A stretch of 44,804 nucleotides of DNA, from positions 1 through 44,804 of the IMG/VR virus record IMGVR_UViG_3300011441_000001. One strand, given 5' to 3'. How positions within the stretch are numbered: position 1 is the stretch's first letter; each line of letters starts with the position of its first letter. The DNA comes from a virus. Lineage: Duplodnaviria; Caudoviricetes. The translations under genes were made by a program, and so were the position numbers. The notes under the pieces were generated by a model. The model did no database searches, was not told the origin of the DNA, and was given only the letters and a program-made list of their open reading frames with translations. Below are positions 35,567 through 43,327 of this stretch, piece after piece.

Positions 35567-35868
35567 AGATCAGTGAGCTGATTGTTGAACTCCTGAAGGT
35601 CCAGACCGGGCACGGCGATATCGAGGTCAGCGTGATGGAGCATGTCAGCGGCATCGAAGCCGAGGGCATCGCCGTCGAGTATAACGACGACGCGGGGATG
35701 CAACCGGCCGCGTTGATCACGGCCACGTTCCCCGACCTGGCCCACGGGTTGGAGGTAATCCGGCAGGCCGAGGCCATGACCGGTTACGACGCGGCCGTTC
35801 CACCAGACCAGGTCGCGCTCGACATCTTGCGCAACTCCGGCATCGACGACGAAGGAGCCGCCGCGTGA
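35563..35868 (+). CDS. Hypothetical protein
   Basis: MKISELIVELLKVQTGHGDIEV, a common phage N-terminal pattern. Confidence 0.65.
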   Translation: MKISELIVELLKVQTGHGDIEVSVMEHVSGIEAEGIAVEYNDDAGMQPAALITATFPDLAHGLEVIRQAEAMTGYDAAVPPDQVALDILRNSGIDDEGAAA

Positions 35869-36074
35869 GCACCATGCCCACCTTCGTCATCAAGGGCAGC
35901 GATGCGCTCGCGCCCGCGGCGATCGAGGCGTATCGCCGCTTGTGCGTCCAGTACGAGCTGCACGAGCAGGCCGAGCAGGTGCAGATGGCCCTCGACGAGA
36001 TCGAGGACTGGCAAGCCGATCACGAGGAGCTGCTGAAGCTGCCCGACCACTACCACAGAGGAGCCGCCGCGTGA
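35865..36074 (+). CDS. Hypothetical protein flanked by 16-bp direct repeats
   Basis: FVIKGSDALAPAAIEAY...KLPD; AGGAGCCGCCGCGTGA at 35853 and 36059. Confidence 0.7.
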   Translation: MSTMPTFVIKGSDALAPAAIEAYRRLCVQYELHEQAEQVQMALDEIEDWQADHEELLKLPDHYHRGAAA

Positions 36075-36601
36075 TCTTCGTTGGTGGGCCGCTCCACGGC
36101 CAAAACATTCACGTCGAAGAAACCACCCCCATCGACGGACCGCCCGTTCTCCCACCCGCCTTCGTGGACCTGGCCACCGGCGAAATGTGGCAACTCAAAC
36201 CTGTGTCGTTCCGGCTCCAAGCCGCGGTGCCGAGCCCGACCGGGCCAGTGCCTGTTGGGCCCGTGAAGACCTGGACCCACCAGGTTTACGTCCACCCCTC
36301 GCTGGGTGGGCAATCACCCGAGCAGATGAAAGGCAACCTCACTGATGCGGTGATGCTGTGGTGGTTCACCACCGGCACCCAAGGCGCCCCGAACACGACA
36401 CCCCCACCGGCGTTGGCGGCCCAGAACGGGTACCACACCACCTACCTGGCCACCTGCCAAGGCTGCCCCCACCCGCCCGAACCCATGGCCTTCGACACAC
36501 TCGCCGACCGGGCGTTGTGGGCTACCGCGCACATCGACACCACCGGCCACAAGGTCACATTCGACCAACACACCACAGAGGAGACACCACATGCCAGTTG
36601 A
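36071..36601 (+). CDS. Hypothetical protein
   Basis: FVGGPLHG N-terminus; C-terminal CQGC...WATAHIDTTGH. Confidence 0.65.
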   Translation: MIFVGGPLHGQNIHVEETTPIDGPPVLPPAFVDLATGEMWQLKPVSFRLQAAVPSPTGPVPVGPVKTWTHQVYVHPSLGGQSPEQMKGNLTDAVMLWWFTTGTQGAPNTTPPPALAAQNGYHTTYLATCQGCPHPPEPMAFDTLADRALWATAHIDTTGHKVTFDQHTTEETPHAS

Positions 36602-36983
36602 TATCCAAGCCAGCTTCTCCAAGGCGGAGAAGCTCCGCAACGGGCTGGAAGCGATCATTGCTGACCTGCTAGCCCGACCCAACGAACGCCGCTACATCAC
36701 CGCTGAGGTGGTGTGCGCCACCACGAAGATTGATCACCTGAACGGCGACGCGCGGACACCGGTGATCAAGCTTGTGGGTATTGAACCGATGCTCACCGGC
36801 GACGACATCGCCGACGCGAAGGGCCTTTACGAGCGCGCGTTCAAGGCCCGGACCGGGAACATGCCGCAGGAGCCGCTACCACTCGACGGCGACCAGCCGC
36901 AGCTACCGCTCGACGAGGGTGATGCGGACCCGGCCGCCGGGCCGTACTACCCGTCGCCGTTCAAGGAGCCCGACCCGCAGTAG
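36591..36983 (+). CDS. Hypothetical protein
   Basis: GAGGAG RBS; NGLEAI...YERAFKARTG. Confidence 0.7.
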   Translation: MPVDIQASFSKAEKLRNGLEAIIADLLARPNERRYITAEVVCATTKIDHLNGDARTPVIKLVGIEPMLTGDDIADAKGLYERAFKARTGNMPQEPLPLDGDQPQLPLDEGDADPAAGPYYPSPFKEPDPQ

Positions 36984-37195
36984 CGCCGAAGGACACCCCG
37001 ACGCTGCGCACGGATCGGCACCGGGGCGGGTTCACGACGCCAACTCTGGCGGGATGAGGAGATGGTGCATGGCCGGGCGCCGACGTCCTCCTATTGACGG
37101 CCCGTTGGATTATCGACGGTCGCCACCCGAGGTTGGAACCGACAACGACACCGGATGATCCTTGGTCTGGTGTCCATCCGGAGGGAAGCAGCTAG

Positions 37196-37972
37196 GTGCC
37201 AATCAGGTTCCAAGTGGATTCTGACTTCTACGACCACCCTAAGACCCTCGGCATGTCCGACGCCGCCACGGCGCTCTGGGTGCGTGCGGGCTCGTATTCC
37301 GCGGCGAAGCTAACAGACGGCTTCGTCGCCGAACACGTAGTCATCACGCTCTCGAAGTCGCCGCAGGACGCAGCGGATGAGCTGAGGCGCCGCGGGCTGT
37401 GGCACAAAGTCAGAGGAGGCTATCGCTTCCACCAGTGGGAGGAACGCGGGAACCTGACCCGAGAGCGCGTCGAGAGCGATCGCAAGGCCGATAGAGAGCG
37501 GAAGAAGGCCCAACGAACGGCAACGAAGGCCGATCGAGGGTCCAAGAACCACTCATCGAGTCCGCCTGTGGATAACTTCGGAACGCAACCGGAGGTGGAG
37601 GCACTGAACACAAAACGCCAGGTCAGAGGCCATAACGTCCGCCCGGATTCCCAACGGAGTCCGCCCGGATTCCCAACGGAGTCTGAGCGGATTCCGGGCG
37701 TGTCTGTGTCTGTGTCTGTGTCTGAGTCTGAGTCTGGGGCTGGACGCGGCGCCGCCGACGTCCCCACCGAGCCGCGCCGAGTCTGTGCCGATCATGCCAA
37801 CCTGGCCAACCCGCCGCCCTGTGGCGGCTGCGCTGACGCGCGCCGCAACCACGACCACTGGCGGGCCGACCGCGACCGGCGCCTCACCGCGGCGCCCCGC
37901 TGCCCGACCCACCCGACCGAGATCGTTGACAACTGCCGCTGCTGCGCAGCCGACCGCAAGGCCGCCGCATGA
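37196..37972 (+). CDS. Replication initiator-like protein
   Basis: FQVDSDFYDHPK...ALWVRAGSYSAAKLTDGFV...GLW...YRFHQW N-terminal domain; internal iterons; C-terminal Cys/His clusters. Confidence 0.8.
   Translation: MPIRFQVDSDFYDHPKTLGMSDAATALWVRAGSYSAAKLTDGFVAEHVVITLSKSPQDAADELRRRGLWHKVRGGYRFHQWEERGNLTRERVESDRKADRERKKAQRTATKADRGSKNHSSSPPVDNFGTQPEVEALNTKRQVRGHNVRPDSQRSPPGFPTESERIPGVSVSVSVSESESGAGRGAADVPTEPRRVCADHANLANPPPCGGCADARRNHDHWRADRDRRLTAAPRCPTHPTEIVDNCRCCAADRKAAA
37567..37575 (-). promoter_or_regulatory. Perfect DnaA box (TTATCCACA)
   Basis: TGTGGATAA on the + strand, about 60 bp upstream of the iterons. Confidence 0.7.
37637..37736. repeat. Putative replication origin: iterons and microsatellite
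   Basis: 22-bp GTCCGCCCGGATTCCCAACGGA x2 plus a degenerate third copy (11-bp period), then (GTGTCT)4(GAGTCT)2. Confidence 0.75.
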
Positions 37973-38000
37973 CCCGCCGACCCGAGACGGAGGCACCGCC

Positions 38001-38552
38001 GTGAACGCCGCCCAGGCCCGCCAGGTGGCCCGCCAGGCCATCGCCGATGCCCGAACACGCCACCAGGCCAGATCATGGCCTGGCAGCGAAACGGCGCCGC
38101 TTGCCGGTGCCAGCCCGCGGCCGGCCCGGACGCCTGGACCGGTGTGCGACACCTGCGGGGTCGAGCTCGACCCGGATCGAACGTGCTACGTCTGCGCTGA
38201 CGGCAGGGTCCAACACGGCCCACCCGAGGGCCCACCCGATCCGGCACCACCGGCCGGGCCCACACAGGGCGCGCCGTGGCGCCCCACCACCATCGGCGAG
38301 TATGCCAACCCGTACCTGATCTGTGACAAGTGCCGCCAGCGCACCACCGGCGGCGCGCTGGCCTGTGGTGGTTTCGTGAACCTGCCCTGCGGTCACCACG
38401 GCGATTTCCACTCGGTGTGTCCCTCGTGGTCGCCCGTCGATGGCTGCAACTGCGCCAGAGCGTTCGGTGTGGTCGAACACGGCTTCCCAACGCTGCCCCT
38501 CACAACGGACACGGCGAAAGCACATGCCACAGTGGAGGTTGGACAGTCATGA
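38001..38552 (+). CDS. Cys-rich hypothetical protein
   Basis: GGAGG RBS; CDTC, CYVC, CDKC, CPSWSPVDGCNC. Confidence 0.65.
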   Translation: MNAAQARQVARQAIADARTRHQARSWPGSETAPLAGASPRPARTPGPVCDTCGVELDPDRTCYVCADGRVQHGPPEGPPDPAPPAGPTQGAPWRPTTIGEYANPYLICDKCRQRTTGGALACGGFVNLPCGHHGDFHSVCPSWSPVDGCNCARAFGVVEHGFPTLPLTTDTAKAHATVEVGQS

Positions 38553-38812
38553 TCGATCCTGTCGAGATACGGACAGACCCGGTTACACCACACGAGTGGC
38601 AGGAGGCGGTCGATGCGGCTCACCTGTGGCTGCTCATCGACGCGGCCCGCCAGTACGGCTTGGTGACCGGCGGGCCCGCAGTGGACGTGGGCCGCTGTGA
38701 GGAGATCCTCGCTGCCGGTGCAACGGCCGGGTTCAGACCACGCGAGCTGTCCAATGGCGAGCTCCGAGAAGTGATGTTTGCGTTGCCCACAAAGATCGTG
38801 GCGGACCAGTGA
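38549..38812 (+). CDS. Hypothetical protein
   Basis: GGAGG RBS; IDAARQYGLVTGGP..DVGRCEEIL. Confidence 0.7.
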   Translation: MIDPVEIRTDPVTPHEWQEAVDAAHLWLLIDAARQYGLVTGGPAVDVGRCEEILAAGATAGFRPRELSNGELREVMFALPTKIVADQ

Positions 38813-39271
38813 GCGGGATGCCGTGGGTGGTGCGGCCGTTGGAGCCGTGGATCGGGCCGGTCACGGTCCTACGGCGGATGTCGCCGTTCTCCGCCACGTG
38901 GTCAACCACTTTGGATCTGCTGGACCGGGAGATCTGGTTCCTGGGCGGGCGCAAGTGGGTCTTGCAGATTGACGTCCCCGAGCGGTGGATCAACCGTGAT
39001 GGGACGCTCAGCGCCCGCGCGGCCGTGGCCACACCGGCCGTGCGGGTGTCCTTCGGTTCCGACCACGGGCCGTTGACGTACGGCTGCGACCGCCGCCGAA
39101 CCAAACTCACTGGGCAGGACAACGTCCGCGCGATCGCGCTGTCGCTGGAGGCGTTGCGCAAGGTGGACCGCTACGGGGTTGCTGGCAGGGCACCCGGATC
39201 TGACGGGCGACGTCGACACATTCAAACGACTCAACGTCGCCCGTGACCTCTTCAACAAGGAGGCGGCGTGA
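38809..39271 (+). pseudogene. Phage J-domain (DnaJ-like) protein broken by an internal deletion/frameshift
   Basis: N-domain ...NVRAIALSLEALRKVDRYGV; out-of-frame HPDLTGDVDTFKRLNVARDLFNKEAA* (39191-39271) whose stop overlaps the next start. Confidence 0.7.
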
Positions 39272-39774
39272 TCTCTGTCTGGGCCGCTGAGGAGGCGCGA
39301 TATGACCTGTACGTCTATCTATCCACCCACGTACCCGACCACGCCCAGGCGATCGCGGATCTCGTCACTGCCCACCTGGGCAGCATGGACGCCCGCGCGG
39401 ACCTGGCCGACATCGTCGCCGGGTACGTGCCGGATCACGCGCTCGCTACCGTGGTCGAGCAGCTGTGCTACGCGGGCGTCGTGACCAGGGCGCAGCACGA
39501 CGCCGCGGTCACACGAGAAACCACCTGGGGCCAACACCTGGGCGTGCAGTTGGAGGCAGCTGAGCGGCGGGCCAGTGCGGCGCTGTGGGCGGTGAACCGG
39601 TCCTCGCTTGCGCGGGCACGAACGGCGGTGGCGGTCGCGGTGGAGGCACGGAGTAAGTTGCCCACGTCGTCGCCGGGGTGGCGCCTGGCGGACCGGATCA
39701 TTCAGATCTTCGACTCGGCGCAGACCCTGGAGCTGATCGACGGGGAGCTGTACGGCGTGAGGGAGCCCAAGTGA
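39268..39774 (+). CDS. Hypothetical protein
   Basis: AAGGAGG RBS. Confidence 0.65.
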   Translation: MISVWAAEEARYDLYVYLSTHVPDHAQAIADLVTAHLGSMDARADLADIVAGYVPDHALATVVEQLCYAGVVTRAQHDAAVTRETTWGQHLGVQLEAAERRASAALWAVNRSSLARARTAVAVAVEARSKLPTSSPGWRLADRIIQIFDSAQTLELIDGELYGVREPK

Positions 39775-40034
39775 TCCGGGCGCAGATGCCGCCTGCGCAG
39801 CTGACCACGTGCGGCACGTGCGGGGCCGAGGTGGCGTGGGCGACGACGGACAACGCGAAGAAGATGCTGGTGGAGGTGTCGCCGGACCCGACCGGGAATT
39901 TGGTGCTGTCGTTGACGGGTGCTGGTTTGGTGCATGCGCGGGTGGTGGCGGCGAAGTTGGCGTTTGGGCGTGCGGATTTACACCTGTCGCATTTTGCGCG
40001 GTGTAAGCAGGCGTCGTCGTGGCGGCGTCGGTGA
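39771..40034 (+). CDS. Zn-ribbon-like protein
   Basis: CGTCGAEVAWATT...HFARC. Confidence 0.7.
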   Translation: MIRAQMPPAQLTTCGTCGAEVAWATTDNAKKMLVEVSPDPTGNLVLSLTGAGLVHARVVAAKLAFGRADLHLSHFARCKQASSWRRR

Positions 40035-40513
40035 CCGCCGATCGCTCGGAGCGCCTGGCCCTGTCACCGGACGGGCACACGGTAGCCGTCCGGGCGTACC
40101 AGGGCGGTATGTGGTTGGCAGTGAACACGGCGCGGGTGGCCGGGCAGCACCTTTCCGACCTGCCAGCGGACTGGACCCGGTTCACGCCCGCCAGCGACAG
40201 AGACCTCGCCGCAGACACCCTGGACAGCCTGCTCCAGGCGGCAGAGGAGATTACCGCTGAGCTGCGTTACCTGCGTCGGGGACTGCCCAAGGTGGAGGCC
40301 GCGCCGGACCCGTTCGCGCTGGCCGAGTCGCTGCGTCGGGTTCGGTCCGAGTCAGGGCTGAGTCTGCGGGCACTGGAGGCCGAGATTGGCGTGCCGTTCA
40401 ACTGCCTGTCCCGTGTGGAGCGTGGCGTCGGGTTGGCGTCACCGATCAACGCGCAACGTATCCACAATTGGTTGTCCGGCTATGAACCAACCACGGTCGA
40501 GCCTGTTTCGTGA
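40031..40513 (+). CDS. XRE-family HTH protein (C-terminal HTH)
   Basis: LRRVRSESGLSLRALEAEIGVPFNCLSRVERG. Confidence 0.8.
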   Translation: MTADRSERLALSPDGHTVAVRAYQGGMWLAVNTARVAGQHLSDLPADWTRFTPASDRDLAADTLDSLLQAAEEITAELRYLRRGLPKVEAAPDPFALAESLRRVRSESGLSLRALEAEIGVPFNCLSRVERGVGLASPINAQRIHNWLSGYEPTTVEPVS

Positions 40514-40524
40514 TCAGCGAAACA

Positions 40525-40790
40525 CACAACGGGACCCCCGTTGTGAGGGGGTTACGGTCCGGTCCCCATGTGGTCTTGGCGGCCGGCGCACAAACGGCGG
40601 GCCGGTTGGGTGCTCGTAGGATTGCCCGGCCGCCGTGGCCTGGTGGTAGCGTCCCCGGCCAGGTAACTAACTCCATGCCCAGGGCCGCCTGAGCCCGACC
40701 GCCGCCGATTGGTGGCGTGTCTGGTGGCGGCCCGCACGGTCCCGAACCTGGGTTGTGCGGTGCACGTGTGAGTACCCCTGGGCCACACCA
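40525..40790 (+). ncRNA. Candidate structured RNA leader
   Basis: A run of six stems, e.g. CACAACGGG/CCCGTTGTG, GGCGGCCGG/CCGGCCGCC, GGGCCGCC/GGCGGCCC, CCGCAC/GTGCGG; family not recognised. Confidence 0.35.
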
Positions 40791-40802
40791 TCGGGAGCAG
40801 AA

Positions 40803-41522
40803 TTGTTACGCACCTGGCGGCGGCCCCTTGTGGCCCTCGCAATCGTGGCCGGCATTGTCCTGTCCGCCACACCTTCTGACGCGGTGACCGCGCCCAACCG
40901 GGCGAGCACGGTCACCGCTGCTGTTTCCGCGCAGGTGCTGCGTGAGGGCGTCCTGGCCGCCCAGGTGGTGATCGCGAGGTGGGGTGACACCCTGTTCGCC
41001 CTGGCCGCCCGGCACTGCGGGTCGGGGTGGCTGTTCCGGCGTCTGGCCGCGGCCAGCGGCATCCCGGATCCGGATCGGATCTACGCGGGTCGTACCCGTG
41101 TGGTGATCTCCTGTACGCCGGCGGCGCCGGCACCACGACCAGCCGCCGCCAGCACATTGACGGCTCGCGAATCGCGAATCGTCAAGCTCCTCGCGTACGC
41201 CCGGGCCCAGGTTGGTGACCCGTACGTGTGGGCCGCGGCCGGGCCGAACAGTTTCGACTGCTCCGGCCTGGTCATGGCCTCCTACGCGAGGGTCGGGGTG
41301 CGGTTGCCGCACCAGTCCGGGTCGATGCTGGGCTACGGCCGGTACGTCAGCAGGGCGAATCTGCGCCCCGGTGATGTGATCTGGCCGTACGTACAGCGGG
41401 GGACCCGCGGGCATGTGGTCATCTACCTGGGCGGCGGGAAGATCATCGAGTCGCCGCAGCCTGGGCAGCGGGTGCGGGTCACGACCCTGTACGCGTTCTG
41501 GACCGCCCGCCGCATGATCTGA
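40803..41522 (+). CDS. Secreted LysM + NlpC/P60 peptidoglycan endopeptidase
   Basis: Signal peptide; GDTLFALA...IPDPDRIYAG (LysM); PYVWAAAGPNSFDCSGL, GHVVIY; TTG start after GGGAG. Confidence 0.9.
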   Translation: MLRTWRRPLVALAIVAGIVLSATPSDAVTAPNRASTVTAAVSAQVLREGVLAAQVVIARWGDTLFALAARHCGSGWLFRRLAAASGIPDPDRIYAGRTRVVISCTPAAPAPRPAAASTLTARESRIVKLLAYARAQVGDPYVWAAAGPNSFDCSGLVMASYARVGVRLPHQSGSMLGYGRYVSRANLRPGDVIWPYVQRGTRGHVVIYLGGGKIIESPQPGQRVRVTTLYAFWTARRMI

Positions 41523-41649
41523 ATGCCGATCCGGGAGTGGGTGTCGCCGCTCATAATCCACACTCCTCGTGCTCGGTGCTTCAAATAATAGCGGCAATGT
41601 TAGATTCGTGAGCCATCTATCGATTGGATGAGCTATGCACACGCTCCAC

Positions 41650-42100
41650 AAACTGCGGTCCCGCCTCGGCGTGGTCGCCGCCGGATCTGGCCGCCAACAA
41701 CGGCCGTCCGACGATCATCTACTACCACCACGCCACCTGGAGCAGCGGCAGCCACGGCTCACGCACCGACCACGAGTACCTCAAGGCCATCGTGCTGGCC
41801 GACCGGGATGTCCAGCTGGTGTTGGCCGGGCATGACCACGAGTACGAACGGTTCGCCCCGATGGGCCAGTCCGGCCCGGACCCGGCCGGCGCCCGGTACT
41901 TCGTGGTCGGCACCGGCGGTAAAGGCCCGCAGTGCGGCGGCGCCCCCATCGCGGGCACGGTCGTGAAGAACTGCACGACGATGGGTGTGCTCCGGCTGGT
42001 GTTGCGCCCGAACGGCTATGAATGGCAATTCCACGCGGCGGCTGAGGTTGGCGGGCCGGCGAGCGCGTTCACCGATTCAGGCAACTCCGCGCTGAGGTAG
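41650..42100 (+). pseudogene. C-terminal half of a calcineurin-like metallophosphoesterase
   Basis: DLAAN..IYYHH..SSGSHG, VLAGHDHEYER, FVVGTGG are present; N-terminal DxG/GDxxY/GNH motifs are absent. Confidence 0.75.
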
Positions 42101-42136
42101 GGTCGGACCTGCCTCGTGTCCAGGGTGTGCTGAGGT

Positions 42137-42169
42137 TGCTGGCCCCGGTCTTCTGAGCCGGGGCCAGCA
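42137..42169 (+). other. Intergenic hairpin (possible terminator)
   Basis: TGCTGGCCCCGG/CCGGGGCCAGCA perfect 12-bp stem. Confidence 0.6.
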
Positions 42170-42197
42170 CCGTTCCCACACAGCAAGGAGGGGGGGC

Positions 42198-42473
42198 ATG
42201 CCAACCTCCAAAACAGAGGGGGACCCCTACGGCCACCACCACCGCACCGAACGGGCCAGGCTCCTACCACACGCCTACGGCCAACCCTGCCCACGCTGCG
42301 GCCAACCCATGCTCCCCGGCCAAGACCTCGACCTCGGCCACACCAACGACGTGATCCACGGCGGAGCCGGCTCACCACGACGCATGGAACACGCTCACTG
42401 CAACCGGCAGGCTGGCCAGGCGGTATCCGCCAAGCGCCGCAAACGCCAACCCATCAACACCAGACGATGGTGA
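42198..42473 (+). CDS. HNH endonuclease (packaging-associated)
   Basis: CPRCGQP...DLGH...EHAHCNRQAG; directly upstream of terS. Confidence 0.8.
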   Translation: MPTSKTEGDPYGHHHRTERARLLPHAYGQPCPRCGQPMLPGQDLDLGHTNDVIHGGAGSPRRMEHAHCNRQAGQAVSAKRRKRQPINTRRW

Positions 42474-42578
42474 CAGGGCATGTGACATAGTGGGGGGGCG
42501 GGGTCCGGACGTGATCCACAGGGGACCACCATGCCGCCGAGACTCGAGGTCGTACCCCCCCGGCGTATGGGAGGTTTC
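42474..42578. other. Probable cos / genome-end region
   Basis: Non-coding gap between HNH and terS with G7 and C7 tracts, as in HNH-terS cos phages (inferred). Confidence 0.4.
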
Positions 42579-43013
42579 ATGGTCACATCTGCGGCTGTCC
42601 GGCAGCGTAGGTCGAGGGCGCATCGGCGTGGGGATCATTCGTTGTGTGATCCAGCGCGGTGTGGTGGCCCGGCGGCGGATGTGTCTCAGGCGTCGGTGAC
42701 GGAGCCGGTGATGCCGGTCGTAGAAGTGGCGGCGGAGCGGGTGCCGGGTGGGATCGAGACCGCGACGAGCGCGTTCGTGGAGACGCTCGGGTTCGCAGCC
42801 GGCGATCCGCGCCGGTTGCTCGGGCGGATCGCGGTGCTTTTGGCGCAGCGGGTGGACGAGTCCGGGGCGCTGCCGGCGGCGGTGCGGGAGTTGCGGGTGT
42901 TGCTGGCCCAGTTGGCGGAGGCCCCGTCGGGGCCGGTGGGGAGGCTGGACGATTTGCAGGTGCGGCGGGCGCAGCGGCGGTTGGATCAGATCCTCGGGTC
43001 GCTGGCGGCGTGA
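42579..43013 (+). CDS. terS: Terminase small subunit
   Basis: GGGAGG RBS; RAHRRGDHSLC, LAQRVD...AAVRELR..LAQL...LDDLQ.RR; position. Confidence 0.75.
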   Translation: MVTSAAVRQRRSRAHRRGDHSLCDPARCGGPAADVSQASVTEPVMPVVEVAAERVPGGIETATSAFVETLGFAAGDPRRLLGRIAVLLAQRVDESGALPAAVRELRVLLAQLAEAPSGPVGRLDDLQVRRAQRRLDQILGSLAA

Positions 43014-43327
43014 TGGCTGGCCCGGCTGGGTTGCCCGAGGATGCCGTGAGCATCGGCGAGAACGTCTGGGTGCAGAGGATCGGCGCGTACCCATCCGGCG
43101 AGTGGGTCGGGGTCATCGAGTGGCATCTCGACCCGGCTGGTGAGCTGTGCGGTGGCTATGTCGCGTTCGCGGGTTTCAATGGTCTGACCGACCGTGGGCA
43201 GCAGCCGGTCGAGCGTCCGACCTGGACCGTGGTCAGTCTTGATCCGTTGACGTTGGCCCCGTCGCTTCAGTGCCTCACTTGCCCTCACCACGGGTTCATC
43301 CGCGACGGGAAGTGGCTGCCGGCGTGA
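43013..43327 (+). CDS. DUF6527-like small Cys/His protein between terS and terL
   Basis: W...LTLAPSLQC..C.HHGFIRDGKW. Confidence 0.6.
   Translation: MAGPAGLPEDAVSIGENVWVQRIGAYPSGEWVGVIEWHLDPAGELCGGYVAFAGFNGLTDRGQQPVERPTWTVVSLDPLTLAPSLQCLTCPHHGFIRDGKWLPA

Noticed and set aside
37068-37158. 29-aa ORF and TTGACG in the gap before rep
   Set aside because: An RBS-like sequence is present, but there is no properly spaced -10 and the ORF is too short to support.
40510-40692. 60-aa ORF
   Set aside because: Low-complexity product, poor codon bias, and it overlaps the hairpin array; not called.
40514-40802. c-di-AMP (ydaO) riboswitch
   Set aside because: Only fragments resemble it (CGTAGG, AACTAACTCC, CCCGAACC); the conserved order and GGGGTGAATC-type core are missing. 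Kept only as an unassigned structured leader.
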